A stretch of DNA of 64,000 bases from Ignisphaera sp. (GTDB lineage Archaea; Thermoproteota; Thermoprotei_A; Sulfolobales; Ignisphaeraceae), in contig JAWAHS010000001.1 of assembly GCA_038889075.1 (NCBI GenBank), positions 311,764 through 375,763 of the forward strand. The letters run 5' to 3'. Of this stretch, positions 1 to 11,223 are shown piece by piece. A program made the translations under genes and the position numbers. Numbering within the stretch: position 1 is the stretch's first letter; the number at the start of each line of letters is the position of its first letter. Below the pieces are notes generated by a model. It made no database searches and was not told the DNA's origin. It saw only the letters and a list, made by a program, of their open reading frames with translations.

Positions 1-25
1 TGCCCCCTGGTTATAGAGTTGCGGT

Positions 26-265
26 GTGAAAATGCCTGTCATGTATAGATGTTCAAATTGTGGAAAACTACTTTACTACTATATAACAGGTCTTAATGAT
101 GATTCAACGGGAATGAGATCTGTTAATGATATTGTCAACCTTTATATAGGCATGTGCCCCCACTGTGGGAAACCTCTATTAAAGGATAAACTCTACATCA
201 ATAGCATTGATATAAAGGCCGTTGAGCAAATCGTAGAAAAAAGAAAAAACGTAAAAAAGATATAA
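26..265 (+). CDS. Small zinc-ribbon protein (CxxC...CxxC), function unknown
   Basis: YRCSNCG and MCPHCG motifs; GGTG upstream of the internal ATG. Confidence 0.6.
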   Translation: MKMPVMYRCSNCGKLLYYYITGLNDDSTGMRSVNDIVNLYIGMCPHCGKPLLKDKLYINSIDIKAVEQIVEKRKNVKKI

Positions 266-410
266 AGTAGGAAGCTATATAATGAGCTCCTCTTATAAAG
301 CTTAACTATCCAACATGCTACAGAGTACATTGTTATTTATTATTATAGAATACATATTCGTAAAGCAACCAAAACTATTAACTGGATTTTTAATGCTAAA
401 CCTACTCAAG

Positions 411-459
411 ATGATGAGTGGGACCCTCTATGATTGATGAAGATGGTTAGAGATTCTGA
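411..459 (+). ncRNA. Box C/D methylation-guide sRNA
   Basis: C ATGATGA (411-417), 12-nt guide, D' ATGA, C' TTGATGA, guide, D CTGA (456-459); intergenic, with TTTTTAAT upstream. Confidence 0.7.
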
Positions 460-582
460 TCATCAAACACCCTTGAGACCTATCTGCACATCCGATTGAA
501 GGTCGTTACTAATGGTCCAAAACATCATTTGTGAAACATTTAATACGGGCTCGATTATAATATACAAAGGATGTCGTGTTAA

Positions 583-1392
583 TTACACTAACACTAGTTG
601 TGTAGTTTGACTTTGCACTTTCTTTATAACATTTCCTAAACCTATATACGAAAGAATCCAAGCTGTTAATGTAAGAATTGCAGTAGCAATGGCAATAAAT
701 ATCCCTATAAGTGGTAAGGCTGCCATCAGACCCATGATGATTAGTAGTATAAAGAGTATGGCTGCTATTAAAAGTGGTACTTCATTGAATACACTATGGA
801 ATCTAAGGAAGAGTAATATTAGTCCAATATTTCCAACAAGCCATAGAAGACCTCCTATCAATATTATTGCTAGACCTCCAAATAATGGTGCTAGAAATCT
901 TAGAAAATCCATAGGATTTGAAAATGTTCCTCTACCACCTATTGTGGGAAGTAATGTTATAGCTAGCACAATCATTATTCCAATTCCAAATATGATAAGT
1001 ATTAAACCTCCTATATAACCAATCTTCATGAGTGTTGAAGGTGTTGAAAAGTCCTCTCTCCACTTCTTTAGTTTATTTGACCCAGGAATAAATTTTATAT
1101 AGATTGCGTATACTGTAAGGATTAGAGAAACTATACCGAATACTCCCATAATTGCAGCCACCGTAATTAACGAGCCTAGAATATCTAACGATTTTAGTAG
1201 ATCTATGGAAGGTGCTGCCCTACGCATTACCGTGCCGAGCGGTAGTACTGATAAATATGGAAACACAAATACGATGATCAACACCGTTGCCGTTAGTGAT
1301 AACCCATTTGCTATTATCATAGCCAACGATCCTTTTCTGAAATCCTCAATACCTTTTAGGGCGAGATTTCTAATGTTTTCACTAATGCTCAA
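583..1392 (-). CDS. Multi-pass membrane protein, DUF973-like
   Basis: About 6 hydrophobic helices; GIEDFRKGSL N-terminus and IGxxLxxIG pattern typical of crenarchaeal DUF973/DUF996 proteins. Confidence 0.55.
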   Translation of the reverse strand: MSISENIRNLALKGIEDFRKGSLAMIIANGLSLTATVLIIVFVFPYLSVLPLGTVMRRAAPSIDLLKSLDILGSLITVAAIMGVFGIVSLILTVYAIYIKFIPGSNKLKKWREDFSTPSTLMKIGYIGGLILIIFGIGIMIVLAITLLPTIGGRGTFSNPMDFLRFLAPLFGGLAIILIGGLLWLVGNIGLILLFLRFHSVFNEVPLLIAAILFILLIIMGLMAALPLIGIFIAIATAILTLTAWILSYIGLGNVIKKVQSQTTQLVLV

Positions 1393-1597
1393 CTACATCT
1401 ACCCACAGTACACATATTTCCAAACAATTATAAGTGTTTCAGAACGATATTAAAACTCAGTAGATATAGAACTTAGATTAGAATATATTTACAACTAACC
1501 CTCTTCTCTAAATTCAACATAAAACCTAAATAAATAAACCTTTCATCTCTACTCTTTACGTAAAGATCTCAGTGTAAAGCTTAATTATCTTTGCTAA

Positions 1598-3022
1598 GTG
1601 ATAGTGAGCAAGGGTGGCGGTATGTCGATAATGGATAGGGATATTGAGAGTGCCGTAGATACCATTACAAAATGTATTGATGAGAATAAGCTTGAAGAAG
1701 CTGCTAAGCTATTCGACGCTCTCGATCCTCCTAGAGCCATGGATGTTATTCTAAGGCTTGATAGTGACGAAAGGATGAAGCTATTTACGGCAGCTGATCT
1801 CAATAACCTGCTCGAGGTTCTAGCCCGTTTACCTGATGAAATTATATATGAGATTGCTTCTGTTAAAGGGGTCGATGACATGGCTAAGACGATAGTAAAG
1901 CTACCCATTGATGAGATTGCCGATGTTCTTTTCAAACTTCCTTCGAAAATGAGGATTGAGATTCTAAGAGTTCTACCAAGCGAGCTTTCATCAGAGGTTG
2001 TAAAGGTTATGAAATTTCCTCCCGAGAGTGTCGGAGGTATAATGACTACCCAAATACCTGTTTTTGAAGAGAATGTCACCGTAGGTGAGGCACTCGATAC
2101 CTATATACATAGGACTAAGCTTGGTCTCTACGATAAACATAACTACATATATGTTATTGATAGAAATGGAAAACTTGTTGGTCACATCGACACAAAGGTT
2201 CTCTTAACTAAACCAAGGAATTTGAAGCTAGGTAATTGTATAGAGAAAGTACGGGTAACTGTAGACCCTTTTAGTGATCGTGAAGAAGCCTCTAAAATAG
2301 CTGTAACCTATGATCTTATAGAGGTTCCTGTTGTAGATATGGATGGTAGATTTCTAGGGATTGTATCGCTGGACGATCTTCTAGATGTTATGGTCAGCGA
2401 GTATTCTGAAGATCTATTAAAGTACGGAGGTTTTATAGAGACTATAAAAAGCAGCTATATAGCTACAAATCCACTTAAACTTGCTTTAAGAAGAGTTCCT
2501 ACATTAGTATATCTCTATCTCATAAATATAATCACAGGTGGAATTACGGCCATATTCGAAGATGTTATACAGAGAACGGCCATACTTGCTGCCTTCATGC
2601 CTATGCTAGCCGACAATTCAGGTAATATAGGTTCACAAGCTTCCGCATTAATTTTAAGAGGCCTCGTCACAGGCGAAATTAGGCTATCTAAGAGTGACAT
2701 AGTGAAAATATTAGTGAAGGAATTTGCAACAACAACAATTATGCTTATACTTTTAGCACCTCTATCATTCATCATAGGATTCGTCATACCCTATACAACA
2801 AAATGGGATCTGGAATACGCTTTAGGGATAGCATCTGTTGTCACCATAGCTCTAGCTGTCTCATGTTACGTCGCTGATATAGTTGGATCACTACTTCCAA
2901 TACTATTAGCTAGGATACGAATAGATCCCGCAACAGCATCAGCACCCGTTGTAACAAGTATAGGTGATATAATTACAGTATCAGTCTACTTCACCGTAGC
3001 TTCCCTATTATTTAGACTATAA
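1598..3022 (+). CDS. mgtE: Magnesium transporter MgtE
   Basis: N-domain, CBS pair (SVGGIMT, VPVVD), membrane domain with GNIGSQ and DPATASAPVVTSIGD. Confidence 0.92.
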   Translation: MIVSKGGGMSIMDRDIESAVDTITKCIDENKLEEAAKLFDALDPPRAMDVILRLDSDERMKLFTAADLNNLLEVLARLPDEIIYEIASVKGVDDMAKTIVKLPIDEIADVLFKLPSKMRIEILRVLPSELSSEVVKVMKFPPESVGGIMTTQIPVFEENVTVGEALDTYIHRTKLGLYDKHNYIYVIDRNGKLVGHIDTKVLLTKPRNLKLGNCIEKVRVTVDPFSDREEASKIAVTYDLIEVPVVDMDGRFLGIVSLDDLLDVMVSEYSEDLLKYGGFIETIKSSYIATNPLKLALRRVPTLVYLYLINIITGGITAIFEDVIQRTAILAAFMPMLADNSGNIGSQASALILRGLVTGEIRLSKSDIVKILVKEFATTTIMLILLAPLSFIIGFVIPYTTKWDLEYALGIASVVTIALAVSCYVADIVGSLLPILLARIRIDPATASAPVVTSIGDIITVSVYFTVASLLFRL

Positions 3023-3243
3023 ACATATCAACCCTTCACTAGTACGGAATGCCAAACCATTGAAAACAACAGAAAGCTGTTCAACAGGTAATGCAATAGG
3101 GATATATTCACTTCACTACAGTACAATAGTTCCTTCACATGTATTTTATCAATCGAATTGAAATTGATACCTATCCAAATCCGTTATAAACATACTAGAA
3201 GACATATAAAATTAGCTACTATAATCCTAATGTACATAACTTA

Positions 3244-3861
3244 TTGCCTAATATAGTGAACACTATGGTAGTTGTAGTTATATTGGCGGGGGGTATGTCA
3301 ACCAGATTTTTAGCGGGTGACAAGCTACTTTATCCAATTAAAGGAAAACCTATGATCAAGTATGTGATAGACTCTATATCGAGATGCAAACATATAACGA
3401 AGGTCGTAGCTATCTCTTCACAGTCAAATATAAATAGTGTTAATGAGTACGTAGAAACATTACAGGATCCATTTCAAATTGGTCCCTTAGGAGCTGTATA
3501 CATAGCTTTAAAGACGTTCAGTGAGGCTCTTATTATAGGAGGAGACATGCCTTATATAGACTGTACGTGTCTAGATATCATATTAGAGCACTGTAAAAAC
3601 AGTAGAAACATCTTTGCATGCATGCCCCAATACGACGACTATCTAGAACCACTCTTATCACTATACAGAAGATCTATGCTAGATGCAATAGAATATGGTA
3701 TAGCGAACGGAATACTGAGTTTACAGAAGCTTATAAAGGTGCTAAAAATACCCATCAAGACTATTAGTATCTATAACTTACATATATTAAAGAAATGTCT
3801 CACTAACGTGAATTCTATTGATGATATACGTTACTGTGATCTTCATCAGATACTAACCTAG
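3244..3861 (+). CDS. mobA: Molybdenum cofactor guanylyltransferase
   Basis: LAGGMSTRF, DKLL, GPLGAV, GDMP, LEPL and NVN motifs. Confidence 0.85.
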   Translation: MPNIVNTMVVVVILAGGMSTRFLAGDKLLYPIKGKPMIKYVIDSISRCKHITKVVAISSQSNINSVNEYVETLQDPFQIGPLGAVYIALKTFSEALIIGGDMPYIDCTCLDIILEHCKNSRNIFACMPQYDDYLEPLLSLYRRSMLDAIEYGIANGILSLQKLIKVLKIPIKTISIYNLHILKKCLTNVNSIDDIRYCDLHQILT

Positions 3862-3899
3862 TGAATTGTAGCAATCGAATAGTAAATTAATTGTATTAA

Positions 3900-4676
3900 T
3901 TACTCTTGCATCGAGTAGACGGTGAGCCTTACATTTTCATCTCTATTTATCTGACTAAATTTCTTTAAAGCTTCCTCACCAAGAAGCCTTAAATTGCTAC
4001 TCCATACTACTAACGATGGAGTGAATTCTTTCCTATCTAGATCTACGGCTATACTGAACATCCAATCTCCACTAAGTAATAAAACGACGTACTTTCCATT
4101 TCTATATTTAGAATATAGATAATCAATTAATTCAAGTACGTCTCCTAATTCGCCTAGTTTAATTATCTTTCTCTCGACTATAGGGTATTTTATTGCTGCC
4201 GAAATTGCTGTCACCTCAGCAAATCCATCAAGAAAAGATTCGAATGCTCTACTCATTTTAAATATTTGATGAGCTGTATTGCTGCTGCCCTTCTTTTGTG
4301 TCTCGTATAATCTAATACCTCTTTTAATCGCATCCAAAATCGATGAACATAGATGACTGTATTCCTTATTAATACACTCAAGATACCATTCACTACCCTT
4401 CGGATGGAGCCTTGCAAATGCTTCTAGAAACCCTTCATCTGTTAGAATTCCAAAAACGAATACATTGCTTCCAACCATGTATATCTTTACATTGTATTTC
4501 ATTTCAAATTTCTTTATAAAGCCTTTTTTAGTACTAATTACAATGATGCCGTCTGCATTATTTATGGGAAACCCTAGTCTAGCAAATAGTTCATACATTT
4601 CGTCTACTGTAGTTATCGGCAGTATACCACTGTGTACTTTTACCATTGACATATCTAACGACCATCTCATCTGCAT
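3900..4676 (-). CDS. Hypothetical protein
   Basis: 258-aa ORF with typical composition; no recognised motif. Confidence 0.6.
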   Translation of the reverse strand: MQMRWSLDMSMVKVHSGILPITTVDEMYELFARLGFPINNADGIIVISTKKGFIKKFEMKYNVKIYMVGSNVFVFGILTDEGFLEAFARLHPKGSEWYLECINKEYSHLCSSILDAIKRGIRLYETQKKGSSNTAHQIFKMSRAFESFLDGFAEVTAISAAIKYPIVERKIIKLGELGDVLELIDYLYSKYRNGKYVVLLLSGDWMFSIAVDLDRKEFTPSLVVWSSNLRLLGEEALKKFSQINRDENVRLTVYSMQE

Positions 4677-5002
4677 CAGTATTCTTCTTCCTATACTATT
4701 GTTTTATTGCTTAACTGACTAATAAATACTCATCTTATATATTCTCTCCGCACCATATTTAGTAGTAAAGAGTTTTTACATATCGGATAGTTACGTCAGA
4801 CCATACATTTCTGTCTTTTACACTCAAGTTTTCCCATCGATAAAGTATCGAATTGATATTTCATTGAAGATCGTATAGCTATTGCCATAAAGATAGCCTG
4901 CGAGAGATAAAGCACATACCTTTCATCCTTGACTACCATCAAGCATAAAGCTCAACAATAATAGCAACTAAAATCTATTTATTAAAAGAATTCTAACCTA
5001 GG

Positions 5003-5374
5003 TTAACCATTTTCATAGCCTCTAAAGATTCCTAGTCCAACTCTACAGGGCTGTCCACCAAGGCTTTCTATCATAAGTAGCCTCTTTTTTAAATGATCAG
5101 CTCTACGACCATTCACTGTATACCCTCCTAGTTCTCCATCAGATTTTACTACCCTGTGACATGGTATGGCTATAGGATTTCTGTTTTCCTTAAGGATTTT
5201 AGCTACGTATCTTGGGGTTATTCCTAAAACTTTAGCTATCTCACTATATGTTGTTACACATCCAATTGGTACTAACTGAATTAATGCATATACAATTTCA
5301 GCTATATCATCTTTCGTAGCCCTCCTTATAATAATAGTGTTACTATTGTGAATCTCGATTACTGGAATTGACAT
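5003..5374 (-). CDS. ogt: O6-methylguanine-DNA methyltransferase (MGMT family, C-terminal domain only)
   Basis: TYSEIA HTH and NPIAIPCHRVV active-site motif. Confidence 0.85.
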   Translation of the reverse strand: MSIPVIEIHNSNTIIIRRATKDDIAEIVYALIQLVPIGCVTTYSEIAKVLGITPRYVAKILKENRNPIAIPCHRVVKSDGELGGYTVNGRRADHLKKRLLMIESLGGQPCRVGLGIFRGYENG

Positions 5375-5381
5375 GATATAG

Positions 5382-6500
5382 CTAGCCTATGAAATCCTTT
5401 ATAAATCTACCATTTTCATATATAAGATCTCCATCAGCATATACCTTGCCTTTTCTCATATCTTTAATCATATCCCAGTGAATAGAGGATTTATTTACAC
5501 CACCTGTTTTCAGATATGCTGATCCTAATGCTAGATGTATGGTACCACCAATTTTTTCATCAAATAGAATCTCCTTTGTAAATTTCGTTATATCGTAATT
5601 GAGACCAAATGCTAGCTCACCAACTCTTTTTGCTCCGACATCTACCTCTATTAGCTTCTTTAGAAATTCTTCACCTTTTAAAGCTGAAGCGGCTACCACT
5701 TCCCCTCTTCTAAACTCTAATCTAATGCCCTCAACTTCAACTCCACTATATACTGCAGGATAGTTGAATACTATTCGTCCCTCAATGCTATCTTCGTGAG
5801 GTGCTGTAAAAACTTCGCCTCCAGGCATATTATTCTTTCCATCATCATTAATCCAGTTTCTTCCTCCAATTTTTACCGTCAAATCCGTATCACTATTAAT
5901 AATCCTAAGCTCGTCAACCTTACTTAGAAGATTTATAACCCTTTCCTGCATTTTACCCTGTCGAATCCATGCATCAATAGGGTTCTCTGTGTGAAGTTTG
6001 ATAGCCCTATAGACAAATTCCTCGAATTCAATGATAGACATACCTGCCTCCTGCGCCATCGCTCTAGTTGGATACGGTGCTATAACCCACTGTAGCTCCC
6101 CCATACCATCCCTTCTCAAAAATGTTTCCCTGATCTCACTTAGCGCTTTAGATCTAATCTTTATCCTATTAGGATCTATGCCTACAAGAGGCTTTGAGTG
6201 AGTAGGTGATAGAATACTTACCATTACATCTACTTTTTCCATTATAAACTTATCTATTGGTGACACGTATTCTAGAAGTTCCTGCATAGCATACCTATAC
6301 AGAATTTCAGTTAAAATGTCCTCCACCACTATAAACCTCGGATACCCCCCTCTCAATACCACACCCTTCCATACCTCTCTTACTAGTGGAAAAGCCTCGA
6401 TAGACGCTTGTATCACTACCTCATTGAACTTCCTAATATTTACACAGTAATCTAAAATGAGATTAGAATACGTATCTAAATTCAATTCCCAGTCCCTCAC
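5382..6500 (-). CDS. Aminopeptidase, M29 (AmpT/PepS) family
   Basis: NMPGGEVFTAP, GELAFG, LFDEKIGGTIHLALG and SSIHWDM motifs. Confidence 0.9.
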   Translation of the reverse strand: MRDWELNLDTYSNLILDYCVNIRKFNEVVIQASIEAFPLVREVWKGVVLRGGYPRFIVVEDILTEILYRYAMQELLEYVSPIDKFIMEKVDVMVSILSPTHSKPLVGIDPNRIKIRSKALSEIRETFLRRDGMGELQWVIAPYPTRAMAQEAGMSIIEFEEFVYRAIKLHTENPIDAWIRQGKMQERVINLLSKVDELRIINSDTDLTVKIGGRNWINDDGKNNMPGGEVFTAPHEDSIEGRIVFNYPAVYSGVEVEGIRLEFRRGEVVAASALKGEEFLKKLIEVDVGAKRVGELAFGLNYDITKFTKEILFDEKIGGTIHLALGSAYLKTGGVNKSSIHWDMIKDMRKGKVYADGDLIYENGRFIKDFIG

Positions 6501-6939
6501 CTATAGCATTTCTAATCCCAATCATATAAAGTTTTACTAAATAGTATGTTAACATTAATCTTAAATAGTTAGCTATCGATTAAATGAGTAATATTTCTCT
6601 ATTTAGCTGACTAAGATAACTTGCCCACCTAGTTTCCTAATGATTCTAGCTGATAGTATAGTCTATCCATAATATAGCAAATATTTACTGTCAAGGATAC
6701 GACAATACCACATGAGAATTCTGATAGATACACCAATTCTGTTTCTGTACAATTATTAAATTTATAAATTCTAACAGATACACTAACCTACAATGATATT
6801 TGCCTCCGAAACCAATGTATTAGAGGTATCATGGTGCCATTATGATTCCATATATAGAAAAATTCTAAACCGCTACAAGGATTAGGAGAATAATGATACC
6901 CATTCAGATACTTAACTATATAGTCTGTGGATTGATTGT

Positions 6940-8007
6940 ATGAGCATCCACATACTCTATACCGATGTTTTTCATCTCCATAAACCACCATCTGGAACTT
7001 ACCATCCTGAAAATCCAAATAGGCTAAACATCGCAATTAATGCTATAAAGAGAATCTATTCACCCCAGAGAATGATTATAGATAGTAGAATAGATTTTGA
7101 GACCAGCAATCTACACTATATAGTTAGAGCCCATGATAGAAGTTATGTAGAGTTCATTAATAGTTTTTGTAACACTGGCGATATTTACATAGATGGCGAT
7201 ACCTACATTTCGAAAAATACATGTAGCGTTGCCGAGATGGCTACAATAACATCTATAAAATCCATTGAGATTGCACTATCACAGCATGAAGTATTAGTAT
7301 TTGCATTGGTTAGACCTCCAGGACATCATGTAGGTAAATATGGTAGAGCAATGGGTGCACCTACACAAGGTTTCTGCATATATAATAACATTGCCATAGC
7401 TGCCCTATATGCTATAGATAGAGGCTATTCACCATTTATCATAATGGATATAGATGTGCATCATGGTAATGGAACACAGGAACTATTTTGGTATGAACCA
7501 AGAGTAATCCATATTGATGTTCACCAGTATGGTATATATCCAGGGACAGGCTCTATAGATTCCATTGGTGGTGGTGAAGCCAAGGGAACAAAAATCAATA
7601 TACCTCTCTCACCGTATTCTAAGGATGACGATTACATATACGTTGTCAGTGAGATATTCATACCAATTATAGAGACTGTTAAACCTAAAGCCATAGCGGT
7701 TTCAGCAGGCTTTGATGCATACAAAAATGACGGTCTTAGCGAAATGGAGGTTACCCAAAAATTCTACATTTTTTACGGTACTTTACTTAGGGCATTGAGT
7801 AGGAAAATGGGCATCGGTATTGCTGCAATTCTTGAAGGAGGCTATAGTGTTGGTCTAAGAGAAGGTATACCATCCTTTATGCTAGGCTTTCTTAACGATT
7901 TTAGTAAATATGAAGAGATGTGGAAAAGTATTTCACCCTCTAAAAGAACAGTTGAAATTATTACAAAAGTTAAGAATGTCCTGAAACCATTTATACGATT
8001 CGACTGA
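6940..8007 (+). CDS. Histone deacetylase family (Zn-dependent deacetylase)
   Basis: HPENPNRL, RPPGHH, GFCIYNN, DVHHGNGT, SAGFDA and LEGGY motifs. Confidence 0.92.
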   Translation: MSIHILYTDVFHLHKPPSGTYHPENPNRLNIAINAIKRIYSPQRMIIDSRIDFETSNLHYIVRAHDRSYVEFINSFCNTGDIYIDGDTYISKNTCSVAEMATITSIKSIEIALSQHEVLVFALVRPPGHHVGKYGRAMGAPTQGFCIYNNIAIAALYAIDRGYSPFIIMDIDVHHGNGTQELFWYEPRVIHIDVHQYGIYPGTGSIDSIGGGEAKGTKINIPLSPYSKDDDYIYVVSEIFIPIIETVKPKAIAVSAGFDAYKNDGLSEMEVTQKFYIFYGTLLRALSRKMGIGIAAILEGGYSVGLREGIPSFMLGFLNDFSKYEEMWKSISPSKRTVEIITKVKNVLKPFIRFD

Positions 8008-8096
8008 GTAGTAGTTCTATTCAAAGTTGTATCTCAAATTACAATGTATAGAACACACTACGGAAAGATTTCCTATTAAATTCACTATTAGTTGCC

Positions 8097-8597
8097 TTAC
8101 TGTCTTTTTAACTCGTATATGGCATGCGGTGCCATTAGACATATTATTTCATCTAATGCGAGTCTTATTGCATTTGGATTGCCTGGTACTATAAATACAA
8201 TTGTATCTTTAACGATATATGCAGTTGCCCTAGAAAGGTATGCAGCAATACCTACTTCTTTATAGCTAAGGAGTCTAAATAGTTCCCCGAAACCAGGTAG
8301 CTCCCTCCATGCTATTTCTCTAATAGCTTCAATACTTACATCTCTACGGCTTATACCTGTACCTCCGGTGACGATAATAATGTCGCATCCCTCCGTGCAT
8401 TCAATGACCCTTCTCTGAATTTCTGCAATATTATTTGGAACAATTTGATAGCTTGAGAGTACTGCTCCCTTGCAGAAGTTAGCTATACTATCGGCAATAG
8501 GTTTCACATCATCGTCTCTAAGCCCTCTATACACAGAGTCGCTTGTTACTATGAAACATATTCTATAGCTTTCTACGGTATAATTTCTATGATTCAC
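8097..8597 (-). CDS. moaB: Molybdopterin adenylyltransferase MoaB/MogA
   Basis: VTSDS, TGGTGISRRDVS, LPGFGELFR, LSRATA and VPGNP motifs. Confidence 0.88.
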   Translation of the reverse strand: MNHRNYTVESYRICFIVTSDSVYRGLRDDDVKPIADSIANFCKGAVLSSYQIVPNNIAEIQRRVIECTEGCDIIIVTGGTGISRRDVSIEAIREIAWRELPGFGELFRLLSYKEVGIAAYLSRATAYIVKDTIVFIVPGNPNAIRLALDEIICLMAPHAIYELKRQ

Positions 8598-8606
8598 AGT
8601 ACATCA

Positions 8607-9962
8607 CTATATAGGTCCTGGTACCATTGGTGGTATAGTGTATAAGGACTCTTCTACAACCATCTCTCTATCCTTGTTAACAGCTATATAAAGTGCTATC
8701 ATAGTTATTATACTACTTGAATATGAAAGTGGTGCTACTATGCTTCTACCCGTTTCACCCGCCAAATCCTTCGATGATATATTGACATCGTAAGCTACGT
8801 TTCTATCGACACCTACAACAATGCTCCACATAGGCGAGATTTTTAAAACATCTGTTATAATTCTTCCACTGAAATGTGTGAGAACTCCATTAACATCGTA
8901 TATGGCTATACCGTTAATCTTAACGGTTATTGGTACCCCTTGTTCTGATCGCACCAATATCGTATCTGAAAGTATTCTTTGCGTTGATGGAGGTCCATTT
9001 AAGAGGCCGGTCCAGTAAAGTCTGTTAAAAATAACCCTTGGATCATCTTTGGAGGGAGCTATTCTATCCCTTGTTAGTGGTGCATAAGCTGCTTGATCTT
9101 CACTGTAGCTTTCTCGATCTATATTCCAAACTCTTATATCAACTACATATGCTCCTCTCAAGTTCGGCGCTACTAAACCTGAGTATATACCTCCAAACAT
9201 AACGGCTACTAGCAGTATAGCTAAAATGATTTTTATAGTCTTTCCCAAGCCTACTTGCTGTGACCATGCGATGTATACTCTGAATAATCCGTAATCCTCT
9301 ACGAAATTCTTAGACCTCTTTCTAAACAGCATAAATATGGTAGCAATGCCTGCTACAAAACCCCCTACATGTGCAAAGAATGCGACGCTTCCAAACCTTA
9401 GATAGCCATAAATAACTTGTAGTGCAAACCAAAATACCAAAAATGCTGAGGCAACCGTAGTAAAGCATAGAGGTATTATGAAGAGAAAGTAGCATAGGGA
9501 TAGTCTTCTTCTAGGAAATAGCATAAGGTATGCACCAAGAATACCACTAATAGAACCTGAGGCTCCGACAGCTGGTATAATGAGATTAAGCGGCCCCCAG
9601 AGAGGAATAAAGCCTGTGTGGAAAATTATCGCTGACAACCCAGATATGAGATAAAGTAATGCAAATTTAGCACCTCCCAACACATTCTCTAACTCTTTAC
9701 CGAACATATAGAGGAACCACATATTGAAGAATATATGGAATATATCGCCATGTGTAAACATGCTCGATACTATTCTATACCATTGTTCCGGATACTGAAG
9801 AAGAACCGGGACGTAGGCTAATACATCTATCCAATCCTTAGACGTAGAGTAGAAAAAACTATTAGAAGATGTTATTAAATACACAATGGTGTTTAAAGCA
9901 ATGAGTAGATATGTAATCCATGGCCTCCTTCTCTTCTCCCACCATATCAAGTCATACGGCAT
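8607..9962 (-). CDS. Rhomboid intramembrane serine protease with long C-terminal extension
   Basis: WYR, HIFFNM, GASG (catalytic Ser) and AHVGG (catalytic His). Confidence 0.88.
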   Translation of the reverse strand: MPYDLIWWEKRRRPWITYLLIALNTIVYLITSSNSFFYSTSKDWIDVLAYVPVLLQYPEQWYRIVSSMFTHGDIFHIFFNMWFLYMFGKELENVLGGAKFALLYLISGLSAIIFHTGFIPLWGPLNLIIPAVGASGSISGILGAYLMLFPRRRLSLCYFLFIIPLCFTTVASAFLVFWFALQVIYGYLRFGSVAFFAHVGGFVAGIATIFMLFRKRSKNFVEDYGLFRVYIAWSQQVGLGKTIKIILAILLVAVMFGGIYSGLVAPNLRGAYVVDIRVWNIDRESYSEDQAAYAPLTRDRIAPSKDDPRVIFNRLYWTGLLNGPPSTQRILSDTILVRSEQGVPITVKINGIAIYDVNGVLTHFSGRIITDVLKISPMWSIVVGVDRNVAYDVNISSKDLAGETGRSIVAPLSYSSSIITMIALYIAVNKDREMVVEESLYTIPPMVPGPI

Positions 9963-10053
9963 TTAGTGCATACCTCTATAGCTCATTGTTACCTAGTATA
10001 TGCTTAAGCTGTATAAAAATATTATCACCACTCCTATTTACACAAAAGTAGTA

Positions 10054-10968
10054 CTACGTATGAATGATTACGGCAGGTTTTCCTAGTGGTACTCCGCTAT
10101 TCATTGAAACCGGATTACATTTAGCAACAAACATATATATAATTGGTTTTTCTATAAGATGCTCAACCTCAGTGAGATACTCATAGTTTGCCATCCCCTT
10201 TGAAATAATTACATCAGCACCCCATATAGCATCTACCACCTCTTTCTTGACATCGCTAAGAAATATGCTAGAGTCATCAGAACCTGTATCTATTACACTA
10301 CTAAAACTTTTCTCTAATTCCGCATAATATACATCATTTACTGAAACATCGTTTTGAAAAGCTCCACCTTTAATGATTGCAACCACATTTTTACCCTTAT
10401 TCCTAAGAACTTCAGCTAGTAACCTATCTAGAACAGCTTCACCTGCATTATCAAGAATCATCACCACATTCTCTGCCTTTTCAATAAGTTCTAAAGCTCT
10501 ACTGACGTCCCCATATATCTGTAGCTCTATCGCTTCTTTTAGTAGACGATCTACCTCAGGAGGCCTGTAGTTCACAACACCCATATCCAGCATATTTCCA
10601 ACCAGGGAAAACCTTAACGCCATCAATATTCTATCCCTAAATCCTCCTAACCTTAGGATAAATTCCCTGGCCTCTCTATAAACGTCCATAAGCTTTCTGT
10701 GAGCATCTATCTTAGAATTTATATAGGGATCTGTAATACCAGTACTTCTTTTAACTATTCTAAATAGTTCTGTTGCAATATATGTTGGTACACATCTAGG
10801 ATCATTCCGATTGATGCAGAAGGACGTAAGCTTATTCAATTCTTCAACTATTTTTCTCATCACTTCAATACGTTCATTTTCATTACTAAACATCATTGCT
10901 ATTTCCCTATACCTAACCTGCAACTGGCATGTTATACATTCAGCATAGAGCTTCAATGATTTAGCCAC
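10054..10968 (-). CDS. DUF89/ARMT1-like damage-control phosphatase
   Basis: ECITC, DPY, GNMLD, DNAGE, ND, ISKGMANYE and AKC motifs. Confidence 0.88.
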   Translation of the reverse strand: MAKSLKLYAECITCQLQVRYREIAMMFSNENERIEVMRKIVEELNKLTSFCINRNDPRCVPTYIATELFRIVKRSTGITDPYINSKIDAHRKLMDVYREAREFILRLGGFRDRILMALRFSLVGNMLDMGVVNYRPPEVDRLLKEAIELQIYGDVSRALELIEKAENVVMILDNAGEAVLDRLLAEVLRNKGKNVVAIIKGGAFQNDVSVNDVYYAELEKSFSSVIDTGSDDSSIFLSDVKKEVVDAIWGADVIISKGMANYEYLTEVEHLIEKPIIYMFVAKCNPVSMNSGVPLGKPAVIIHT

Positions 10969-11223
10969 CTCAACGCATTAGTTCAAAACTTAGCAGATAT
11001 AAATCCGAGCTTATATTTTCCAAATTACTACAGCTATACGATTTAAAATATATATTCAAGTTAGAATTCTTTTACAATAACGAAAGTAGACATCAGTTTT
11101 TATTTAAATCCCCTTTTAACTATATGGCCTTTTAAGGTAAACCACATTAAGCTTTAATACTTTAGCAATTAGTACGAGCAGATACGACTACAGATGCATC
11201 TTTAATAGTATAATGGTATATAG

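Noticed and set aside
689-2787. Antisense ORFs over the DUF973-like gene and mgtE (and similar ones over lhr, pus10, tyrS, dnaG)
   Set aside because: Ser/Ile-rich shadow frames opposite well-supported genes.
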